Position numbers and translations under genes: made by a program
Origin: Styela clava
Lineage: Eukaryota
Assembly (NCBI RefSeq): GCF_964204865.1
Contig: NC_135250.1
Coordinates: forward strand, 14,322,001 to 14,386,000
Length of the DNA: 64,000 nucleotides
Direction: 5' to 3'
Shown here: piece after piece, positions 15,866 to 29,522 of the stretch
How the letters are laid out: every line of letters begins with the position of its first letter
How positions within the stretch are numbered: the first letter of the stretch is position 1
The notes under the pieces: model-generated
Database searches by the model: none
Seen by the model: the letters and a program-made list of their open reading frames with translations, nothing else
What the model was told of the DNA's origin: nothing

Positions 15866-18800
15866 GTTTTGACGAGTATTAGCATGTCTTATCAAACACG
15901 TTGAAGTAAAATTGTAGCAGTTTATTAGCATTGGAGATACCTCGCGCAATAAAAAAAACATAGAGCACTTGAAAGACGTGCAATGTATGACGAAAATCCA
16001 ACTAAAATCTGGTTTATTGTCTTAAACAACATTTTCTCACCTATTTTATACGTCTATTAATTGTAAATTGCGTTATGATGACAGTTTCGGCCAGTGGTGC
16101 AACCGTAGTTAAGGTTTATTCGCAATAGCTTCATTGCCTTTTTCAATGATGCCAAATAGAGCCTGACGTCGCTTCGATAATTAAAATCTCGAAACCTTTT
16201 AACGTATCTTGTCCACTCGGGTTGACGGTTGTTTAGCTTTAATTTTTTTCGTTGAAATATCCACGGGATGGCTCCAAAATTTATAGTCAAAAATTTCGAT
16301 TCGATTACATTCCATGTCAACACAATATTAGAGACCACCCATCCCATGGTCACTACAAACCACGGCGCATTGAGCAACAAGAATATGTGTGTCAATTTAT
16401 TGGTCATCGACCGCCACTGAGAGAAGCATATCGCTGGTCATACTGGCTGCAAAACGAGATCGAAATCGAGAGATACAAAAATATAAATTCTCTAATTATT
16501 GCTGTCGAGAGATCTTCCAAAAAGAGAGTTAATGTTCTCTCACACTGAGAGAAATAGTGAAGTAGCATAGGAGAGCGTTAAAATAGGAGAGAGAGAAACT
16601 GTCTCAAATAGTTCAGTTATCGGTCTCTCCCTTGACAACGGCAGATATTACGTCACCCAACGTTAAAAACTCGATTCCGTGACCTGCTTCGATAACTCCA
16701 AGAGTCGATGCGAATAATACCAAGCCATTTATGTATATACCTTATGGAAGATTTGATTGATATATTATTTGAGATTACAAAACAAATCTGCCTATGCCCC
16801 AAAATATGATGAATTGGGTAATCCATCGACAATAAACTCCGGAAAGAACGCTTCACTCGGAAATGCAAAACGCTTGCCTAAAAAATCGCACAACGCCACA
16901 TGCAAGACTGCTTATTTGCGTGATGGTAAGGGAAATGTGAAACCAGACATGAGTTCTACATTTCCGTGTTTTTAGAAACCGCATCTCTACGTCAAAAAGA
17001 CAAATTTTATTTAGCATTCATTGCTAAATTGAGACTAGGAAGGATTTAGATATTACTTCGCCTGCTATCCTTTTCATTAACATATATAGTTTTAAACTGC
17101 CCGCATATTCATTGAATTAATAAATCAAACTCTGCTCTAATGGCCATTGATTGACCATACGGCGCTGATGGACATACCAATAACAGATGTGTTAATTACT
17201 CGAAAGGATTTTCAACACCTTATCCAGGATTGTTGTTGCATGATTTCTAGTGTGGTTCTGTATACGGATCGATAACGTGAATCGATTAGCATGAGGTTCG
17301 GTCGCACTTGCGATAGCATGCCTTGCCGAAGAGGCAGTAATTGCAAACCCAGTTGCTTCTATATGTTGAGTAATGCGAAGCACTGTTAATAAATGAAAGG
17401 GAAAGCACAGTGAGTCGAGTTTCTAGACAATTTCATTGATTCTCAGCTTAAATATTCTTTGTATACTTGTTACAGCTGTTTATGCATATTTACAAAATCC
17501 CGTTTCCAACGCGTTATTCGGGAATTAAACTTTTGTGGAAAGAAATTTGACGCGTCGTAATTATATTAATTTCCAATTGTTCAATAAACAATTAGCGTTT
17601 CCATCGTAGCCTCATGATTAATGCATGAATCGTACGGTGTACATCAGCGAGCAAGTGCCTATTTTAGGATCAATGCCAAATTAGCATGTGCATATTTGAG
17701 CAGCACCTTAGCCTAAGTCTGTTAACTGTAGCCTGAATTTTAAACAGCGAGAATGAGTAAGGATTTGCGATGTTAGAGGTCTAGGGGCGAAATAAGCTTT
17801 CATTGGATTACAAATATTACGTACCGGTACTTACCAATAGCGTTTATATTGTGGCCATTGTCATTATTCGATGAGATAAATGGCTTATAGCAACAACGTC
17901 TTCTCTCAACCGTGGCCTCGTTGAGGCGAACTCGATATATTTAGAGCTTTGTTTTGTTGCATTCCAACCACATGGTTTGGGACTTAAAAGCAAGTATAGA
18001 ACAGGTGATTTGTCTTAACTTTCGTTGAAATTGGAAATAAACAGATTCAGGTCAGGTTTTGGCTTTTTGTATTCAAAACTTACCAAAATGTATTCATTTT
18101 GTCAAGAGTTTTGACTTCATTTATTAGATAGATGCCAAAAAAATTAGTAAATAAGAAATTAAAAGTTAGAGTTTAAAATGCGCAATAACAGACCAGGTAT
18201 ATCAAACCTTAAAAATCGGGTACACACTAACAGATATATACATCTGCGTATGTATATGAACCCTTCGTGAACCAATAGTATTAAAAAAAACTTGCTAATT
18301 CTGGTAACGCAATGAGTAATATGCAATTGGAAGTTGTTTGCGTAGAATATGTCATAAATTTTCTATCAGACCTAGAAGTGTTGATTATCATTTGCTCCGA
18401 TCGATCCTAGCTTGCTGATGCACCCTAGAACACCAGTAAATTTACAACATTTTTACGTAATTTGTTTAACCACTCGACATTTTTGCGCATCTTGTTTAAC
18501 CACTAACGTCCATCACTGGCGACATTTTAAATTTGTTTGACGAAACAGTTTGTGATTTTCCGACACGTCCTCCGTTGATAAGCGCTTTTTCAACAACAAG
18601 CTCATAATATTGAGTCTTCTTCAACTATAAAACTCTTATTCCACATGTGTGTCATCTACTAATAAGGCTAAACCACAAGCTACCTCAAAAAATTTTATCG
18701 CAAGCGATAGTATTTGAGTGTTCCCATGTCATTCCGTCTTAACTAGCTTGTTTCACATTATTCCAAAATTTTTCCTTCAAAGGGAATTATATTTACTTGT

Positions 18801-21800
18801 AATATATGTTTTTATAAATGTTTGAGAGAAGCATATATATCAAAGTTTTCAATAGATTCGGGAACACACCACTCGCTAAACGTTCGTGTTTAGAATCAAT
18901 CTCGTTTTATTGTCCATCGTGATCTACGTTAATATAATATGTTTGCATTAAATAAAATAACGTGCGTCCTCTTGTCATGTATTTGAAAAATCGAAATTAT
19001 CATTCAACAGTAAATGTGAGTATTTTTATGTAACTCTACGAGTCTCGTTTTTGTAAAATTATACCAGGTTGAATTCAAGAAAACTATGAATACCTCTGAT
19101 AGAAATATATAAACAGTATAAGTATCCCAAACTAAGGGTCATCTACGTTCCAAAATGGACAAAACGCCGTAGAATAGTTATACGATACATTACTTACCAT
19201 AGCAGTGCTTTTATTTTGTTACGTCAATGTTACCTATTGCTTTTTTAATCAATATGCTCTAGCGCACAGAGCATAAATGCACAAAAACGCCATTTCCTAT
19301 CGTGTCGTTTTCACATCCGCATATGACATCTCGTTACACGTTTACTGCAATACCATGCATAAAAATGTATGTAGAAACAAACACGGGGCAATTATTTTGT
19401 GATATTATTTTCTTCAGTCGAACATTCTAAACCAGCTAATGGTTACGGTTGTAGTGGATCGAGAAAAAAATGTTGTTTTTCTATATAAAATAACAAATAT
19501 AGATTGATGAGCTATGTGATGATATCGGCATTGGACCAATATTAATGTATGTGTAGTATAACTGTAGAGTGATAGAATATGATATCACCTTAATGCGTTA
19601 ATCTTAGGACGGAAGACAGATGGAATGCCATAGTCGCCATAATTCTACCGTTGCAGATACGCAGCCGTGTATCACGGACATACATTTTCTTGCTGGACTG
19701 GTAAATGTCATACAAATCGAGTGGCCACATTCTATTACATTTGAAGATATTTTTTATCGTTCATGCAATTGAATCCGTCAAAAACGATCATTTACGAAGT
19801 GGGATTGTATTACTCACGATTTAAATAGTCTGGTTTTAGTCAGTGTCAATTTCAAAGACGATTAATTTCATTATTGACGCGAACAGACGTGGGAAAATTG
19901 CTTCTCGTTCTAAACAACGGCGCCGCTACGCGTAATATTCACGAATTCTTCATCTAATTCAAGGAGAAAACAATTCGGTTCAATCTATTCGCTTTCAGTC
20001 AACTAATAAAGACTACGCATTACTCAGGCTGAACTTATGAATAATATACGTTAAAACCGGTTTAGGTTAAATGATTAGAAGAAATGGCTTGGCAATTTTA
20101 CTGAAAGATTTTCAACAGACATTTTCAGATAAATATGTGGGTATATCACAAAAATAAATTGAAACTTTTAATTCACAACGAACGAGTAACAGGCTCGAAT
20201 ATAGATTATGCCAGCCAGGTAGTTAAAAAGCGTTTACCTAATAACGTAATGTTTCATAATTTTGAAGTGAATTCTCCCGCTTTCAACCATGTTTAAACCC
20301 TGTTTGCCTAAATTAAACCCATTACTTGCCATACGTTCCCATAGGTCCTTAGAGCCAATGAAACCCGTGAACTATTTATAATGGAGATATTGAATGATAG
20401 CTTTTGAATTCATTCAATCACCTTTTCTTGATATATATAATTATACTATTCCATCAAGCGGTAATATTACATAGAACATCCACTATTATATTTCCGCAAG
20501 TCTGTGGAAAATCACTAATATTATACTTCGTGATAGCAACATTAAGAAGGATAACTATTCGTTGTTATTTTTAGTCGTGAAATTTGGCTGAAGGTGGTTA
20601 TTTCAGTCAAGTTATATGTAATAATTTCAAATGTCAAATCCTATGGAAATTGAGTTTTGAGGTTTATTAGGTGATCCATAATGTATAGATTTGGAAAGAA
20701 ACCTCTCATTTTTTTGACCCATATTTATATTTTCTATTGAACTTCGCCTCGCATTTTGCATTTGTTATATTTTAACCGAGGCGTCTGGGGAATACTGAAA
20801 AAACTGAATCTACATGTACCGTAAGCATCAATTTAAATACCACCTGTCGTGCATAGTCAATGAGCAATGGTATTATTGACAAAAAACGCCAAGGTGGTCT
20901 TACATATAATTGAAAAGCTTTTCATTTTGCGTAGAATCTGTACAGAATACAATAATAGTTTACTCGCTCGCTCTATATCGTTTTAATATGAGGAACTTTA
21001 TGTTGTAAAAATCTGTTAATGGAAAGCATTATTTAAATAAATGTAGTACAGATATCCGTGGGTCGCTCCCTTCAACATTTTTAACTGGGAATTAGATGAA
21101 TTTTTTAGGTCGAAAAATCCTGGAATTAAAATTCATACTACGTGTTTACCAATGCTGCCTTGATTGAATAATTTGCGTAAAAAAGTGATCAATCAACTAT
21201 TTTGGGTTTCTGCTGAAGAATAATTGGATTTTAAACAGAATCAGCTAGATGTAAACAATTAAAAAGGTATTTCCATCTTTGTGGTATTCTGAGATATTGT
21301 CAGTAAAATCTACCCATGTTTTTACCCAAGTTTTCCAGTTTGACGGAACTATGTAGATGATTCATTTGGCCAAATCTATTAATTATAGTGGTTGATAAAA
21401 ATATTTTCGAGATATTGTTTGCATAGTAAGTCTGAGATTTAGTAGTTGCGTTATTTTTTTTATTTCGACATATTAAACTTTATGAAGTAAAACCACGTAT
21501 TAAGCAAACGTGACTTTAGCTAACAAAATGCTTTCTATCTATAATCAGGACTTTATGTTTAAACTAAATTAATTACACATTATAAGTATCTGAAGCGATG
21601 GAAGTTGTATTATTGGTTGTGAATTACGCGGTTGTCCTGTTTTTGAATTTGCAAGATAAAACCGCGTTGTTATTTTGGATAAAAGATAAAGGAGATGTTA
21701 TGCTATCGCTCAATTTCTCAAATAATACTCGAGTAGTGGGAATGGGGTGTTAACGCTTACGGGTAATTCATTGTCAACTCAATTTCAATCTAAAAATGTT

Positions 21801-22578
21801 ACGTTTTAAACCGTTCTTGGGGTTTTGTTCGCTCGCCTCATTCTATAATCAGTTTTAAATAGTACGATATCTTGGTGTAGGCAGTAACATATTCGCGGTA
21901 CGTTAACACAAAATTTTCCACCGAGACTAAGGCACTCGGTCGACAACTAAAGCGAGAGAGAGAATAATGTAAACAGATCAGTGATCGTAGACACTTCGCC
22001 AGTTTTTTTTTTATCGCGCATTCACTTACAATCAAAATCCCCTCACGGGAAAATCGCCGGGTTACGCTTGATCTGCGCTCAGACATTAGGCTATTCGTTT
22101 TATATTAATTAAAGTAAAAATTGAAGCGTTGGTCCTTCCATAAAAAGAGACAGCAGTTGGGAATTAGCACATAGAGCTAGCTGTCGACTCTAGTGGTCTG
22201 ATATAGGTCTTCCTCTGACCGAGGTGTAAATACCAGTCGACATGAAAAGGATATCGACTTTAGTATATCAACTACACATTAGATTTGATCTCCATTGCAT
22301 ATTGGATTTTCTCTTTGCTTGTTTAAAAAAGCTGCCACAATGGTAATTTTAATCGACCAAAACATTATCTTTATTTTAACGTTTCAAATGCGCTTCGCTA
22401 TATGCAATGAATACCGTAAAATCGATACGTAATTGTCAAGTCCAAGTCAGATAGTTTTAAATATCTTTATATAGTGTAAGACAGGTGGTATTTAAAGTGA
22501 ACTTGGCCTTAAGCATTGTGCATTGATATATTTTATACAGATTTATTCTCTCAAATATATATATTACTGATCTTTGCA

Positions 22579-25500
22579 ATGCAATCACAACGTACGCGTA
22601 GTAGAAGTGACTACGACATTGTCGCTATATCTAGCAAGAAAAACAAAATTCGACAGCGGCATTACTCAGATCATGAGAGTAGAAGGTCAAGATTGCCGAG
22701 TTACGAGACAACTTCTGGTTACGAGACTATGACTACCGAAAATGGGTCTTCAACCCGTTCTTCAAAGTTGAAAATTGCCAAAGAGCTAGAATACCAACAA
22801 TCACAACATAAATCGCCACCCCCAAAGTATGAAGAGATATATCCGACTTTTGTGAACTTGAATATCAGTGATGACGGCAATTTGAACTCTTCCGGCTCTT
22901 ACGATACCTCTGATATTACCCGCCGTTCTGACACATCCCGGCAGCGGTCTCGTGGCCATTCTCGCCGAAGGACTCCATATGTTTCATCAGAGATAGGAAG
23001 CGATTTTACTTTAACATATTCTGGACGAGGTGGAGGCATAAACGCACCTGAAATTGAGTACATAAGTAGTTGCAGAGTGAATGACAGTAATTCCGCAATG
23101 AGGTTAAACGTCGAAGGCCACGATGTTGATTACCAGACGTAAGTTTGTTTGAAAATTTAATAAACGTAAGGTGTGGCAGAGTAGTACTACAGTTGTAGAA
23201 AAACAATTGTGGAATATTTTGAGAATATTCATATAATTTAGGATATTAGAATTAAGATATAAAAGAACACGGTCAATCAGAAAATCTATGCGGAAATAAC
23301 GACGAACATCGTGATGCGTTCATTTAAATCTGAGATATAATTTAAAAGCCCACGGGTAAAGATAGTTTCGACGCGCTTTAGACGTTGCTGTGTTGTTTAA
23401 AACATGATTACCAGAGCACGTGGTTTCCTAATCTCATTTGAACAGTTTTTTCAAAATCAATTAATTTTTTTATTTCATCAGTTTCCAGTATTTTGTTTTT
23501 GTTTTATGGCATCATGATAGTAATAAGATAATAGTCCAATCAATAAGCCGGTATCAAGAGTATAAGAGAATCGATTCAACAATTCGTTTGGATTCTGTAC
23601 AATCGATTTCAGTGAACGTTCAGTCATTATGAAAAAACATCACCCTAAAATGTGCTACACACCACTCTTCATAAAAATCATTTTAATAATGCTCAACGCG
23701 GCCGAATTTAGCTTGCATACTATTAGTATCACACGGACGAGCTATTGTCTTTATTTGGCCATACTATTAAGTATCGTGTATTGGCAATAATAAGAATTCA
23801 TTTTAGACTTATCAAATGGCATGTGATATTTGGCACTTTTGAATTGACAAAAAGACGTACTTTTAAAATCGCACGCTATTGAAACTCTAGCTTTTAAATC
23901 TCGTTATGCCCAGGTTTTGTCTGTATGAGTAATAGGCGATATTGAATATCAAAAGACCGCTAACTCAATTGTTAACTAGTTTACTATTCTATTAAGGCTT
24001 TTGTTCGTTTTGTTTTACTTAATGTTTCGAGGTAACAAGGTGCCGCTCCGGTAACCAAGGAAATCTTTCAAATAACTTTCTTACATCCCTTTAAATGCGA
24101 TTGCCGGCCAACGAGGCTGGCTATTTCTGTCATCGAAAGACCGACCTCAAATGCTTTTCGTCCCTGCTTTGTAATTTGCGTATCAACTTTTTTTAGTTGA
24201 TAACAATGAATAACGCCAGCACAGCCACGGCACTTCAAGTTCAATGAGAATCAGATAGATTTTTGAATCCAATTTTAAACATTATTTTGGGTGGAAATAA
24301 CTATTTATCATATTTTCGTAAGCTATTGCTTTCCGGATATAATAATTTTGTTAAAATAGCGTTCAAGGGTCGTTTGTTTTTGAAAAGTTCGTTTCCATGA
24401 AACTATATTCAGTTATTTTCAAAACTTTGTCCGGCAATGTTACAAACAGCGAATAGTGACACAGATATTGAATTTTATAACATCCATCAAATTCCGCTAA
24501 CTCGGGCAAAAATAAAACTCGCACCGTGACTATAACAATAATAGTAGTATAAAAGGTAAACTGGTCAAGATATGTTATGAGTACACTTTAGATTTCACCC
24601 AGATATTTTTAGATTCTCCCTTGTCGCGGTACGTGCTACCAAGTATGATTCATGCGTAAAACAGACTACTATTACAGGCTTTATCGAATATTCATAGTTG
24701 ATTAGATTTGTGATTGTTGGATCTTGACCCTAAGTATTTCAAGAGTCCATATATCTTTATTGAAATCTGCACGGAGGAGTCGCGTAATCTTTCCACGATT
24801 CTATCAGTAAGTTCCAAATCCATTCCCTCATTCAACTTCCTGCTATGTAAATAACAATCTTTTCATACATGACTGAGCTTGAATAAGGCGAATATTTCCG
24901 CCCCATATTGTATTTCAAAAATGCAATTTAATTTAGTGCTCGTTTTTACCAGTCTACTATGGAAAACTACAAATATTCATGCGATCGTAATATCTTGTGA
25001 TGTCACTTTCAAATATATTCTTTGGCGTGTGAAAGTGGTTTGTTGTTGTGGTGTAACCATAGATAATAACTAATGTACATTACTAAATCCAATGTTTATT
25101 GCATGTGAATTCCCACAATATCAAAACAACTCGTGGGATTTTAAACTCGATCTATTGGACAGTGCATACATGTTATTAAAGTTTTCAAAGATCATAACAT
25201 TACCAGTAAATTATTATCTTAAATTATGACAATTCAACTTGTCTGCTTCTGTAATTGTGACAAGTTGTCTCTGATAGTAAACTGTGTGGGGAATGACCCA
25301 ATGATGCGTTTTTCATTATGACATTACAATTTGCTCAAAAATATCATGTTCAAAATTTTTTATAATAAAATATTTTGCAATATTATTGTCCCTTTACTTA
25401 CCGCGCGTTTAACTATCGTTTGCGTTGACTATCGGCAGACCTGGTCTTACACTATTTTGTCGAATATATATTTCACCCACTGATGTTCAATTTAATTATT

Positions 25501-28500
25501 ATTTTCGGTGGTCAAGTTCAAGATGAAACCAAAAGATATGCCTTAGCTGATGGTTTTATTGAAGTATGTGGTAGAGAGCTGGCGCCACACAGACGTTCTG
25601 TTGTTATTTCAGGCAGCGGTTTTCATCTGTTTTCTACTCCTATTGTGAATGCCAGCTAGCAATATGTTTTCATCAAATATTGAGCGTGGCAATATGCCAG
25701 TCTGTTTCTAATGTAAACGTGATGTACCGTTGCTATTGTACGAATCGATTTTCGATACAAACAGGTTCATAGAGGAAATGGAAAAATACCAGTGTTATAA
25801 AATGAAATTCTATTTTACGAAATAGAAAGAGATTTATTTATATTCATATATTAGAACAATAAATTGCGATTGGGACAACACTTGAGCGTGAAACATATCG
25901 TGAATACGTTTTTAAGTCTCTGACGGGCTTGTCCAAGCTTTAAAGTAAAAAGACGGGTGGAGTTTATTGCTGTCATTTCACGGCCCAGTTTAAAAAAATT
26001 GAAACCGTACCTTTTAATTTCATCGAAGCATCAATTCTAAAGACATATACACTTTTCACAGTTGGTCAAACATGTATAAAACAACTTGAAATATAACCCG
26101 TATCAATATAAATATCAGTATAAAAATCTTATATGTTATCCTTTTAAGATGTGACTGAACTAATGGCTACATAGCTAATTTTTTTGATTTTTCAGTGTCC
26201 AGCCTCCAACATCGGATGAAGCTCAATATGCACTTCGTCAATGGGCCAAGAAAAAGACGTTGTGCAGTCACAAACAAGCGAGCAGATGCAAAATTGTAGG
26301 AACTCACACTTGGTGTGCTTTCCGGGTAAGAACCGATTATTCCACTTTTAAATACTGTTGAGAACAAGATGAGTGTTGGGTGATCTAATGTTATTACAAT
26401 GTTGAAACATGTCATGTTTGGAATGGAGAGAAGACTGATCATTTTCAATGCTAAATTCTTCACGGTTTACGCACTTGACTAACCCCGCCGATACGAATTT
26501 GATGGTCTATCGTACTTAATCGAAATTGATAGCTTTTTATTCGACATTCTCGTCCTACTCAAACGATGTTAGTTTATCATTCGCATTTTCAAAGTGATAT
26601 TCCATCTATATAAAGAATTATCTGAGCATAAAAATGATCAATGTTCAACGTTTTGCGCTCGGTTGCTGTCCGCCTCTTGAGCTAACAAATTATCACAATC
26701 AAATAATTTCGAAAAACATCACGAGAATTGCGGGAGGGCGATATTTTCAGAATCGCGCGGTTAGTCTTGTTAGTGAAGACGCTAACAAAAGTATTCGCAC
26801 GCCAATATGTCGGGTTTGGCGAGTGAAGATGCCATATATAAACATTTCAATTGTTTTGGGAGTGTGGGAATCAAAGGGAACTACCACGAAAAGAATGACG
26901 GTCTAGGCTGTGTGTTCGGTAGTAAGCATGGGTTATATATATTTGACTCCCACATCCCGAACTGCAAGAGCCCACACAGCGGTTTTTCTGTACTCCATTA
27001 GAATTACAAAATAAAATATAGGTTGGTTTACAATATGATTAATTATTTTGTTACAGTATACTTTGTGGACTCACATGGAAGAAAGAAGGTGTTTTAAAAA
27101 AACGAAGCCTTACAAAAAAGGTAATTCGCAATGAATATAACGTTATTGAGCCAAGATTTATTCATTTATCTATATGAACAATTTTGCTCTTTGCTATTTC
27201 TTTTTCTAAATGCAATGAATATTGGTGGTTGTTCGTCAACGAACTGTATTTGGCATCATTTACCTGTATCGAATACAGATTCATAACAAAGCCTGAGTAT
27301 TTAAACGTTATTCAAGCATGCTGTTTGGATAAACCTGATTAGCAACTCTTACTCAATAATCGTTCGCACAAGCGTCGAAATACATCGATATCAATATGTT
27401 TTCTTTCAGGCGTTCACAAATAAAGGCAATATTTACCAATTTCTGTTCATATTTCGTCTTTTGCCCTTCAAACTGAAGACTATTTCCATCATTTATAGAT
27501 TATGCTCTGAAAAATATTTCTCACTATGAAATTTAATCTCATATCGGTATTTTTCTCATCATTATTAATCAGGTCAAAAGATTGATAAAAGAAACGGGCA
27601 CGAAGTGGATATATATGACATTGAAGTCTCTCCACCATCGGATTTCACTGAGACAATTCGAAATATAAAAATTCCTCATTCTGAACAATTGCGTAAATGT
27701 GAAAAGTAAGCTTTATCATTTTAAAAACTACAAAATAAATGCTGAATTAATATTTCAAAATTTTTATAATCGATTAACTGATTAATAAAATGTTGCGTAC
27801 AAATATCATCATTAGCTGCGTTATACACATATATGAACACTTTAAGAAAATATATCTAAGAACTCTCCGCCTCTGACACGTATATGTATGTATATATATA
27901 CGTGTATACACATACACATACATGCTTTCTTGTAATAGGTGCTCGGGAAACGGAACAGTGTCATGTTCTGAATGTGGAGGTTGTGGTACTGTGCCTTGCA
28001 TGAGGTGTCACGGATCACCTGGAGGAGTAAGTCATTTGATTTTATGTCCACGATTTTTATTTTTTTAATATACTCAATGAATTATACTTAATTAATGAGC
28101 AAAAAAGAACGATGTCGATGAGACATACTATACAGTATTGTGACGATAAACCTGGCGGAGTGAGAGCTTTACATATGTCTGGTCAGTAGTTAATGCAAGT
28201 GTACTCATTTTTATTTACATCGAGTTTTTTTATCATTTTTTTAGCGCAATTACGGATGTCATTGTCACGGAGAAGGAGTAAGGTAAGAAGAACATTTGAA
28301 AAATTTATATTTGATAAGATCAAGACTTGCAATATGTTTACGTTCAAATTTTTATACTCAAGAATAAAAAGAACTATTTGCAGAATTACCAGCATTATCG
28401 AAATATTGTTTTTAGTGTATCTAACACTATAACTTTCATTGTGTGTGTTACAAATTTATCTGTCGAGCTTTAAATCATCGGAAACATGAAAATACCCAAC

Positions 28501-29522
28501 TCCTGTTCCGACCTATCTTCACTTATATACCATTTTTTGATTCTTTGTTCCTGTTTGTTTGAATATATTTGCATATTTTGTATTAAAGTAATCATTTCTT
28601 TAAGATGTGGGAGTTGTGGTGGGCATAGAAGCGAACTTTGTAAATTCTGCCAAGGAAGTGGTCAAGTTATTAGCTACAAAGAGCTTGAAGTCAGATGGTG
28701 AGTATTAATTAGTAAAATGTCCATATGTTTCATACAATTCATCTTATACCATATGAGTTATACAACAGACCAATATATAGATAATTGTTAGACGAAATAT
28801 GCAGGTTTAGCGTTAAACCACTCATTTCGAGTTTGCGATATATGAAAGATTCTCGTGTCAGACGCAAACGATGTTTGATTAATTAATTTGATTGAAGGGG
28901 GAGGTATGAGCAGTTTTGTCATATGTGATTGCTATTTCTTCATATCAGCTTACAATATTTGGTTCACAGGACAAATGCCATAAGTGATTATATCGACGAA
29001 CATCCAGAAGTTCCAAGTAGACATCTGCTAAATGAAAAGGGAATACGCGTTCACCGAAGAAAAGCAAGAGAACTCAAACCACTCCAAGAGACAGATATTT
29101 TGCACAAAAAGATACGTCATGTTTCAAAAACAGAACTTGCCAAACACAACTTGTCTGATAGCGTGAACTTGGAGCAAGTAAGTGGTGTCTTATACAAACA
29201 TAAAATTGTGGTGGAATCCGGCATATTTTGTTATCGCTATTGCTATGGTTTAGCCATAGACATCTTGACGAATTGATACTATTTCTATTATAGTATGCGT
29301 AATTAATTTAAACATTAAATCACTGTCCAGAACTTTGTTCAAACTTTTTTCAATAAACAATTTCGTTTACAGAGAGATGTCGTTGAACTGGTTCCGGTGC
29401 ATAGGATGGACTGTGTCTACAAACAAAAGCAATTTTGGTTTTACATGATCGGAGAAAATAACAAAATCTATGCACCTGGATACCCAGGAAACATCATTGG
29501 TGGACTAAATTGTTTTCGCTGA
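22579..29522 (+). CDS. SSUH2: SSUH2 homolog (DnaJ-type CxxCxGxG zinc-finger repeats), 10 exons, ~507 aa, long Ser/Arg-rich N-terminus
   Basis: Manual splice model with GT-AG introns and consistent phases: 22579-23138, 26196-26325, 27057-27120, 27573-27705, 27939-28026, 28100-28159 (least certain), 28245-28282, 28605-28697, 28970-29177, 29373-29522 (1524 nt). Motifs follow the SSUH2 order: TSDEAQYALRQW, YTLWTHMEER, YDIEVSPPSDF..KIPHSEQLRKCEKCSGNG, CSECGGCG, CKFCQGSG, LEVRW, QRDVVELVPV, YMIGENNKIYAPGYP. The start codon is assumed. Confidence 0.85.

Noticed and set aside
1-21400. Remaining 60-120 aa ORFs in the ORF track
   Set aside because: Lengths are as expected by chance, many use non-ATG starts, and none has a recognisable domain.
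22340-22348. ATG|GTAAT micro-exon as the SSUH2 start
   Set aside because: No phase-compatible acceptor was found at the start of the 22516-23142 frame.
25500-25770. Extra SSUH2 exon or separate gene (ORFs 33666-34107 in the duplicate)
   Set aside because: Frames open in one copy are broken by stops or indels in the other, and exon 1 joins exon 2 in phase without it.
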